Shown: one piece after another, positions 1-6,487 of the stretch
Position numbering within the stretch: position 1 is the stretch's first letter
Layout: each line of letters starts with the position of its first letter
NCBI GenBank assembly: GCA_964585575.1
Contig: CAZPEM010000002.1
Span: 1 to 59,627 of the forward strand
Origin: an uncultured Chitinophagaceae bacterium
GTDB taxonomy: Bacteria; Planctomycetota; Planctomycetia; Pirellulales; UBA1268
DNA length: 59,627 nt
Direction: 5' to 3'
The notes under the pieces: model-generated
What the model saw: only the letters and a program-made list of their open reading frames with translations
The model's database searches: none
Told to the model about the DNA's origin: nothing
Made by a program: the position numbers and the translations under genes

Positions 1-217
1 CGATGGGGAACTGCACGCCCGAGTCGCAGTTCCAGATGCCCAGCCGCCAGTTCTCAGCGCGGCACAAGTCAGTGATCTCCCGGGCGGCCTCGTGGGGTTC
101 GTGCGTTTGGACCCAGATGCCCGTGAAGCAGGCTGAGACGAGTTCGTGGAGGCGGGAGGTGAGCGTCGGGGTGGAGGCGGGCGGTGCGGGTGTCGGGGTG
201 TTTTTGGATCGGGGCAT
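1..217 (-). CDS. AAA+ ATPase-like protein, N-terminal fragment (continues beyond window start)
   Basis: Not in the ORF track because there is no stop in the window. ATG at 215-217 is preceded by GGAG. Translation MPRSKNTPTPAPPASTPTLTSRLHELVSACFTGIWVQTHEPHEAAREITDLCRAENWRLGIWNCDSG... resembles the N-terminal region of ATPases found with DUF1257/DUF2997 genes. Same strand, 38 nt after the preceding gene. Confidence 0.35.
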   Translation of the reverse strand, partial: MPRSKNTPTPAPPASTPTLTSRLHELVSACFTGIWVQTHEPHEAAREITDLCRAENWRLGIWNCDSGVQFPI

Positions 218-255
218 AGTGTCTCCGTGGAAAGAGGTTGAAAAAGCGGCGGGGG

Positions 256-594
256 CTACTTGGCCAACGCGCTACCGCGGCCGAGCATCCAACTCTCGGG
301 CTGAATCTTTGCCAGCCAGTCAGCCACCGTAGGGATCCGGCCGAGGTCTTCGAGGACGTGCTGCTCGCCGACGAATCTCACGGGAAGTACCCTGCCGGTC
401 GACAGCGTGATCGTGGAGCCGAACAGGGCCTCCAACATGAACACGCCCTCGCTGTGATGGCGTAGTGCGCGGTGCCGGAAGTCCGCCATGTGGGCCTTGC
501 TGCCGTCGAGCCATTCGTGCAGCCGGAGGTACTCGTCAGGCTCGCCGCCGTACTTCTTGGCCGACGAGACAGCATGGTGATAGGGGTGCGCCAT
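256..594 (-). CDS. small conserved phage/plasmid-associated protein (recalled as DUF6915-like; number unverified)
   Basis: 112-aa ORF MAHPYHHAVSSAKKYGGEPDEYLRLHEWLDGSKAHMADFRHRALRHHSEGVF..., matching a widespread small family by eye. Its ATG shares 1 nt with the upstream stop (TAATG at 592-596). Confidence 0.6.
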   Translation of the reverse strand: MAHPYHHAVSSAKKYGGEPDEYLRLHEWLDGSKAHMADFRHRALRHHSEGVFMLEALFGSTITLSTGRVLPVRFVGEQHVLEDLGRIPTVADWLAKIQPESWMLGRGSALAK

Positions 595-1043
595 TACAGG
601 TCGAACTCCCGGGTGGAATCTCGGGTCTCGGTGTAGTTTTCTTGGTGCTGGATCGTGACCTTGGCCGTCTGGGTGTCGATCGTGAGCGTGCCTTGGCCGC
701 CGTCGTTGATCTCAAAGCCCGCGGGCAGGAACTCGTACACGCAGTTCTCCAGTTGCTCGATCACTTCCTTCGGCAGGCTCGCTCGGTCGACACGCTCGCC
801 GGCCACGTCCCGGTACTGCACGCCGTCGATGGCCCCTGAATCGCCGTAGCCCGAGTAGGCAGCCTCGATGTTGGCGACCCGGTGATTTCTCAGGGCCGGG
901 AGGACTTCTGCGCGGAGCTTGGCCTTGGCGCGCTCCAGTCGGGCCTGCTCGGTCTGGTGGAAGTGGGCAAGGAGCTGCCGGACGTTCTCGCTGACCTGTT
1001 CTTCTGCCGGGTCTTCGGGGGTCTGAGGTGTGGTCATAAGCAT
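594..1043 (-). CDS. hypothetical protein of plasmid/ICE-like module
   Basis: ORF 594-1118. Start at 1043 (MLMTTPQ...) is preferred because AGGA lies 5 nt upstream. Non-repetitive, acidic composition. Translationally coupled to the next gene. Confidence 0.5.
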   Translation of the reverse strand: MLMTTPQTPEDPAEEQVSENVRQLLAHFHQTEQARLERAKAKLRAEVLPALRNHRVANIEAAYSGYGDSGAIDGVQYRDVAGERVDRASLPKEVIEQLENCVYEFLPAGFEINDGGQGTLTIDTQTAKVTIQHQENYTETRDSTREFDL

Positions 1044-1168
1044 TTGAATCCTGTGGGAGGTGTGATGAGCGGCTGGCCGGGGCTGGATGGCGGAAACGAA
1101 TCCATCTCCGCCATCCAAACCCCGAATTCACGGCGGCGTTGATTTCACCGCCACCGTAGAAGCCGGCC

Positions 1169-1378
1169 CTAGCTGCGCTGCCGGAGCTGCTCGCCGGCAC
1201 TGGTCTGGTTGTAGAACTCCGGCAGCAGGCTCTCGCGGCCGGCTACCCCGAGCGCACGTTCGAGGTCCCGGGTGGCGTCCCTGCACGAGCCTCCGGTGAA
1301 CCCCGAGGACTTGATGCTCACGGCGCCTTCGGGGCTGACGGTGATCTCGATGGTCTTGGTGGTGTTGGGCGTGCTCAT
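1169..1378 (-). CDS. DUF2997-family small protein
   Basis: Internal ATG of ORF 1169-1615 gives the 69-aa product MSTPNTTKTIEITVSPEGAVSIKSSGFTGGSCRDATRDLERALG..., typical of DUF2997. ATGA overlap with the DUF1257 stop at 1378-1380. Confidence 0.65.
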   Translation of the reverse strand: MSTPNTTKTIEITVSPEGAVSIKSSGFTGGSCRDATRDLERALGVAGRESLLPEFYNQTSAGEQLRQRS

Positions 1379-1746
1379 CAGGCGACACCTCCCACACGCA
1401 CGGTGACCTTGATCGAGCCGTCCTGCAGGCTGGTTTCCGTGACCGAATGGCCCTTCTTCCGGGCTTCGATCTTGGCCTTCTCGACGGCGTATCCCTGCAG
1501 GAACTGGTTCAGATGTTTTTGTTCCCCCCAGTGGCCGCCGTAGTTGTCGTACTGGAGCTGGCCGGTCTGGAGGTTGCACACGACGGGGTACGACCAGCCG
1601 GGGAGCTGCACGCACAAGCCCGTAGCCGTCGCGTTGAACAGCCGGACGGTCTTGTGCTCGGGTGTAGGAATCTGGAGGCGGACACAGGCGGCTTTCACGG
1701 CTGCCTCGTCCCGTATTTCTGTTTTTATTTCAACAATATGGCTCAA
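1378..1746 (-). CDS. DUF1257-family protein
   Basis: 122 aa starting MSHIVEIKTEIRDEAAVKAAC..., the canonical DUF1257 N-terminus. The start codon is TTG, with AGGAGA 8 nt upstream. Confidence 0.7.
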   Translation of the reverse strand: MSHIVEIKTEIRDEAAVKAACVRLQIPTPEHKTVRLFNATATGLCVQLPGWSYPVVCNLQTGQLQYDNYGGHWGEQKHLNQFLQGYAVEKAKIEARKKGHSVTETSLQDGSIKVTVRVGGVA

Positions 1747-1791
1747 GGCCGGGTTCTCCTGTGGGTTGGTAGGGGAGGTGTGAATGGCCTG

Positions 1792-2568
1792 TCAGAACGG
1801 CATGGGCTCGCGGTCTTGGTTGCAGTCGTGCTCGCCGTCCTGCTCGCTGTCACTGGGGAAATCCGGGCTGCCTTCACCGGCGTACCCGACAAGGGCAACA
1901 TGGTGACTCTGCTTGCGCTGGTGTTCCCCGAGCCGTAGCGAGCCACCGCGAGCGCCATATGGCCAAACAGATGGCCCGACAGGCAGCCCCGCAGATACCC
2001 CGACCGGTTCCGTAACGTGCGCCGAGATTTCCTCGACGAGCAGCTCTACGGTCGCGGCCAGTTCTTCCTGCCGGCCATCTCCAGCCCGATTCACGAGCCA
2101 GAGCGCCAGACCAGCCACCAGCAACACCGTGATACAGACGAGCACGGGCCCGCTCGCATTCAGCGCCGCGGCCCATTGCGAGTCTTTCAGGCCGAGTTCC
2201 GTGAGGGCCGAAATATGGTCCGCAAGATTGCTCCGCTCGCTGGAAAGTTGGCCCAGTGTTTCCGCCAGCCGTGCGTTCTGCTGTGCCTGTGCTTCAGCCT
2301 GCTGGGCCTGAGCCTCTGCGGCCTGACTCGCGACCCGGGCGGCTTCTTGGGCCACATTCAGCGAGCGTTCGAGCTGCCGGGTATCAGAGCCCCAGAGCCA
2401 CGAAAACCAGCCTGCTTCGGCAGATTGGGCTGTGGCGATCAGGAAGCCCATGATCACAACCGGCCAGAGCAGCATGAGCACGTAGGTAAACGCCCGGAAA
2501 AGCAGGCCCGCGATGAACTGGCCGAGTACCAGCAGCGCCCAGAAAAACGTTGAAAGAAACCACGTCAT
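1792..2568 (-). CDS. membrane protein with central coiled coil (unknown function)
   Basis: Internal ATG at 2568 with GGAGAT RBS. Hydrophobic N-terminal segments (MTWFLSTFFWALLVLGQFIAGLLF, VLMLLWPVVIMGFLIA). Q/A-rich coil (AEAQAQQAEAQAQQNARLAE). Further TM segment VLVCITVLLVAGLALWLV. Confidence 0.55.
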   Translation of the reverse strand: MTWFLSTFFWALLVLGQFIAGLLFRAFTYVLMLLWPVVIMGFLIATAQSAEAGWFSWLWGSDTRQLERSLNVAQEAARVASQAAEAQAQQAEAQAQQNARLAETLGQLSSERSNLADHISALTELGLKDSQWAAALNASGPVLVCITVLLVAGLALWLVNRAGDGRQEELAATVELLVEEISAHVTEPVGVSAGLPVGPSVWPYGARGGSLRLGEHQRKQSHHVALVGYAGEGSPDFPSDSEQDGEHDCNQDREPMPF

Positions 2569-2575
2569 GAGTTGG

Positions 2576-2770
2576 CTATCTCCTACGGGAACGAGATCGA
2601 TGGGAAGTAGTCGGCGGAGAAGCGAAGTGCCGCCGTTGCACTTCAGCGAGCCGGGCCATGAGCCGGTTACAGAGAGCCTGCAGGGCCCGACGGAGTTTCG
2701 TTTCGCGGGCCAGCAACACAGCCAAGCCCGCAGCAAGAATGGACAGAATCACCCCGACAGCAGTTGTCAT
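2576..2770 (-). CDS. small single-pass membrane protein (64 aa)
   Basis: ATG at 2770 preceded by AAGGAGA. N-terminal TM segment MTTAVGVILSILAAGLAVLLA followed by a basic tail. Ends 8 nt before the next gene start. Confidence 0.45.
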   Translation of the reverse strand: MTTAVGVILSILAAGLAVLLARETKLRRALQALCNRLMARLAEVQRRHFASPPTTSHRSRSRRR

Positions 2771-2809
2771 GGGGTCTCCTTTTGAGAGGGTGAGAGGGGG
2801 AAATGAAAA

Positions 2810-3334
2810 TCAGTTCCGGCAGGAGAGTTCAGCCAGATCGATTGCCAGCCACCGGTCACTGGCGAAGTCGTAGAACTCCACCTCCCGGAACATGGCAGTC
2901 GGGACGGGCGTGGGTGTGAATCTCCACGTGTCCGGATCACTGCCGAGTTCGAGGCCGGCGACGAGAAGCCCTATGCAGACGCTGGGCTTGGTGCCGGCGA
3001 TCAGGGGAAGCTGCTGGAAGGCATACGGTGCGCACGTTCCCGGCACCGTGATCCTGACCAGACCGCCCTGAGCCTTGGCCGTCTCGATCTGGCCCTGCAT
3101 GCCCGGAATCGGAACCTTCGTGGCGGTCGGTTCCCACTGGTCTTGGATGCTGAACCACGCGACGGGTTTTTCGTGGGGCTCAATCTTGGCGGTCGTAGGC
3201 TTGATGCAGCCTGAGTTAATGATCTGCCGGAGTTTCTGGCCCGTGGTGAAGTGGAAAATCTTGTCGGGCGGATCGGGGCTGGGAGGTGGCTGGTCGGTGT
3301 TGGAAATCGGGATCAGAGTGACGTGGATTTGCAT
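2810..3334 (-). CDS. hypothetical soluble protein (174 aa)
   Basis: Clean ORF with an AAGGAA-like RBS and non-repetitive composition. GC is lower than in the BREX core genes. No family recognised. Confidence 0.55.
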   Translation of the reverse strand: MQIHVTLIPISNTDQPPPSPDPPDKIFHFTTGQKLRQIINSGCIKPTTAKIEPHEKPVAWFSIQDQWEPTATKVPIPGMQGQIETAKAQGGLVRITVPGTCAPYAFQQLPLIAGTKPSVCIGLLVAGLELGSDPDTWRFTPTPVPTAMFREVEFYDFASDRWLAIDLAELSCRN

Positions 3335-3386
3335 GTGGGTAGGTTCCTTGGGCGCAGACGGAGAGCGCAGGCAAGGGTGATAAATC

Positions 3387-3409
3387 AGCCGCCGGAGAGG
3401 TCAGCGGCT
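3387..3409 (-). terminator. weak hairpin downstream of the gene appended to BREX
   Basis: agccgc / gcggct 6-bp stem with an 11-nt loop in the 147-nt gap between 3482 and 3334. On the minus strand it is followed by a partly T-rich stretch (gatttatc). Confidence 0.2.
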
Positions 3410-3481
3410 ACGAGAGAGCGAGCGCGGCCTGCTGATGGCTATTTTTGCGCTCACTGAATATGCCCGGAATTCGGCGGGGAT

Positions 3482-4426
3482 TTAGGCCCAAGGAGCTTCC
3501 AACGTCTCCTCGCCCAACAACTTTCGCATCGCCGGAGCCAGCGCTTTCGCGTACCGGACCTTGAATGCCTCGACAGATTCCGACGCCAACGATTTCAGTA
3601 TTTTTGCCGTAACGAGCAGAGCGATCTGGCCGGCCTGACTGGAAACCTTGTTGATCCAGAATGGGTGGCGAATCGGGCGGACGGACTGGGTGTCGCCGTT
3701 CTTCGTGTTGGCCATGTGGTCGAACGCGTTCATCCCATGCACCGCGTCCGAATAGAAGCCGTAGAATGTTTCGTAAGCCACCCCCTCGCCAACGCGGTAG
3801 GCCAACTGACGCGCAGTGTCCGGCCCACCAAACAGTGAGTACCACGGTGGAGGCCCCGGTTTCTTGCCTCGGGCTATCACGGCTTCCTGCCAGGCCGTTT
3901 CGATGTCTCTGAACTCGGCGCTCTCAAAAAGCCCTGCCACCCGATCCGCAATGGCAAGCGAATCTACATCCGCTCCCTCAAAAACGTGCGAGTGTTCTTG
4001 GCCGGCAAGTCTCTCGCGGAGTTTCTTGTTGGCGTCTGTCGTCGGATCGCATCGCTCGGCAAATGCGACCGTTCGGTGGGCGTGGGCGAGTTGGTAGGCC
4101 TTGGCTCGCTGTAGCGTATCGTCGGCGAGTACCCACAAGATCCCCCAGTAGCTCTCCCACGCTGACCGCAACAGGTGAAAGCAGTTCTGCGTGCACCCCT
4201 CACGAACCAACACCCCCACGCCATCCAATACTTCGATCACGTTGCGGGTTTGCATCAAGACCGTCGCACCGGAAGTCTGACCCGAGCTCGCATCCTCGGC
4301 TTCTGCAGTGGTCCAAGCGTCGATGAGGAAGTCGACGCTGTCGTTAACGAACAGCGCGCGTTCGGCGCGATAACGCTGGTACTGTTTTCGATCCCGCGCG
4401 TTGACGAGAAGGTCGGGGAAACGCAT
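3482..4426 (-). CDS. all-helical hypothetical protein appended to the BREX operon (DUF5677-like by recollection)
   Basis: 314-aa ORF whose start lies 6 nt after the brxL stop, same strand. Contains FYGFYSDAVHGMNAF, a Y-x3-S-x3-H type motif. One 60-nt line hand-counted at 53% GC. Confidence 0.6.
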   Translation of the reverse strand: MRFPDLLVNARDRKQYQRYRAERALFVNDSVDFLIDAWTTAEAEDASSGQTSGATVLMQTRNVIEVLDGVGVLVREGCTQNCFHLLRSAWESYWGILWVLADDTLQRAKAYQLAHAHRTVAFAERCDPTTDANKKLRERLAGQEHSHVFEGADVDSLAIADRVAGLFESAEFRDIETAWQEAVIARGKKPGPPPWYSLFGGPDTARQLAYRVGEGVAYETFYGFYSDAVHGMNAFDHMANTKNGDTQSVRPIRHPFWINKVSSQAGQIALLVTAKILKSLASESVEAFKVRYAKALAPAMRKLLGEETLEAPWA

Positions 4427-4432
4427 CCTTTC

Positions 4433-6487
4433 TCACTCCACGAGCGCCTTGAACACCGCGTCGGCGGCGTCCTTGTAGAACTCGATGTTCAGCCGGGTCC
4501 ACACGTCGTCCGGCAGGTCGGCCAGCTGCCGGCGGGCGGCGACCGGCATCAGCACGGTGCCCGCCTGCTTGTCGACCGCCAGCTCGGCGATCCGCTGGGC
4601 GTTCGGGATCATCTCGAACGAGCCGCCCAGGTTCAGCGGGCCGATCAGGATCGTGCCGCCACGGGTGTTACGGCCGAGCAGCGCGCCGCACATCGCCACG
4701 AGCACCGGCAGGCCAAGCCCGGCGCCGTTCTTGTCGGCGTCCATCGCCCGCAGCTGGAGGGAGAACTCGTGGGCACGCGGGTCGCGGTCGCCCACCAGTT
4801 CCTTCGCCCGCGTGTAGAGGTTCTGCTCGCCGATCCGCACGCTCTCCCGAAATCCGGCCGGCACCGGCTGGTTCAAAATCCGCACCGTGCTCCCCGGGCC
4901 GACCGTCACCTCGACGCGATAGAGGCCAGGCTCTGATTCGAGGCCGCCCGGGCTCACCGCCCAGACCTGCCCCGGCGGCAGCGGGTCGCTCTCAATCGCC
5001 TCGTCGCTGTGCAACTCCGGCGTGGCCACGAACTGCTCCACGCCCTCGGCGCCCATCACGTAGCTGAAGTGCGTGTTGCGGAACTCGCTCTTGAGCAGCC
5101 GTTTTTGTTGTTCCTTCACCCGGCGGCGGGATTCGAGAGCCAGTCGCACCATCCACTCGAGGTCTTCGTCGGACACCGGCATCTCGGGGTCGGGGAAGAG
5201 CAGCTTCGTCAGGCCGCTGACCGTCTTGTTCACCGCCTCGATGTCGCGGCCGGAGAGGGCGCCGCCGAGGTGGACCCGCTCGTACATCACCGTCGCCCGG
5301 CTCGTCGTGCGCAGGTGGCTCCAGCACTCGCTCAAGAAGTCACTGACGAGGCCGAAGTGGTTCGTCAGGTGGTCCGTGGGTTTCAGCTTCGGGAAATCCC
5401 AGCCCGGGGCGAAGGCGTGCAGCCGGTCCATGAACGCCGTGTCGCTCCGCATCTCCGGCGGCAGCGGGCTGAGCAGGTGGCCGATCCGCTGCTGCTGGTC
5501 CACGTCCACGTCGAAGTTGCCGACCATCACGATGCCGCCATCGGCTCGGATGTTTTCCTTGCCGCGGCTGAACTGCCCGCTGGCCATGTAGCCCTTCATG
5601 ATGTTCACGCCGTCCTTCTGGTCGAAGGAGATGCCCGACACCTCGTCAAAGCAGACGACGTCGTACTGACAGACCAGGCCCTTCTGTCCCGAGGCGTTGT
5701 TGACGAACATCTTGGCCACCGACGCCTTGCCGCCCGAGATCAGATGGGCGTAGGGCGAGATCTGCTGGAAGAGGTGGCTCTTGCCGGTGCCGCGGGGACC
5801 AAGTTCGACGAGGTTGTAGTTCCGCTCCACGAACGGCACCATCCGCAGGAGGAGCACGCGGATCGCCTTCTCGTCGAGCGCGTCGGGCTCCAGACCGATC
5901 GACCGGATGAGGAACTTTTTCCACTCCTCGGTCGAGAAGGTCCGCCGCCCACGCTGCAGCGCCTCGAGTACGTCCGACTTCGACATCTGGATTGGCCGCA
6001 TGGCCTCGATCCCAAACGCCCGCCCGCCCGCCTGCGACGCGATCACGCTGTCGTAGGCGAGCGTCACCTCCGCATAAAAGCCGTCGGTGAGCATCCGTTC
6101 GTTGTCGCGGACCAGGTCGTCTGGAATCCGCACCTCCCGCAGGGCCAGGCTCGGCAGCTCGGCAACGTAGCAGTCGTTCTTGGCGTCGAGCCGGGCCCGC
6201 ACGATGTCGATGAGTTTCACCTGCCGCTGCTCCTTGGCGCGGCTCTTGAAGAGTTCCTCGTTTCCGGTGCGGACGGTGCGGTCGGCGAGCTGCTGGGTGA
6301 CGATCCCGAGGCCCTGCTCAATCTCCTCAGGGTCGGTCGTAGCGCAGTAGCGGCCGAGCAGGAACTCCACGACGTAGCTGGGGACCGGGTATTCCTTCGC
6401 GTAGCGGCGGACGAGGTCCTTGCGGACGAGGTAGCCGTCGAAGGCGCTCGAGGCCACCTCATCGAGTCGGTCGAGAACGAGTGTCAT
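4433..6487 (-). CDS. brxL: BREX system Lon protease-like protein BrxL
   Basis: 684 aa. N-terminus DGYLVRKDLVRRYAKEYPVPSYVVEFLLGRYCATTDPEEI, an ATPase core and a Lon-like C-terminus are characteristic of BrxL. ATGA overlap with the pglZ stop. Confidence 0.9.
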   Translation of the reverse strand: MTLVLDRLDEVASSAFDGYLVRKDLVRRYAKEYPVPSYVVEFLLGRYCATTDPEEIEQGLGIVTQQLADRTVRTGNEELFKSRAKEQRQVKLIDIVRARLDAKNDCYVAELPSLALREVRIPDDLVRDNERMLTDGFYAEVTLAYDSVIASQAGGRAFGIEAMRPIQMSKSDVLEALQRGRRTFSTEEWKKFLIRSIGLEPDALDEKAIRVLLLRMVPFVERNYNLVELGPRGTGKSHLFQQISPYAHLISGGKASVAKMFVNNASGQKGLVCQYDVVCFDEVSGISFDQKDGVNIMKGYMASGQFSRGKENIRADGGIVMVGNFDVDVDQQQRIGHLLSPLPPEMRSDTAFMDRLHAFAPGWDFPKLKPTDHLTNHFGLVSDFLSECWSHLRTTSRATVMYERVHLGGALSGRDIEAVNKTVSGLTKLLFPDPEMPVSDEDLEWMVRLALESRRRVKEQQKRLLKSEFRNTHFSYVMGAEGVEQFVATPELHSDEAIESDPLPPGQVWAVSPGGLESEPGLYRVEVTVGPGSTVRILNQPVPAGFRESVRIGEQNLYTRAKELVGDRDPRAHEFSLQLRAMDADKNGAGLGLPVLVAMCGALLGRNTRGGTILIGPLNLGGSFEMIPNAQRIAELAVDKQAGTVLMPVAARRQLADLPDDVWTRLNIEFYKDAADAVFKALVE

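Noticed and set aside
3-332. 109-aa plus-strand ORF at the window start
   Set aside because: It overlaps two better-supported minus-strand genes: the partial ATPase-like ORF with RBS at 1-217, and the 3' end of the 256-594 gene.
522-530. 9-nt match (gccggaggt) to the 3' end of tRNA-Leu, considered as a possible second att site
   Set aside because: It is too short to distinguish from chance in about 60 kb of high-GC DNA. It also lies inside a conserved coding sequence. The real att copy probably lies outside the window.
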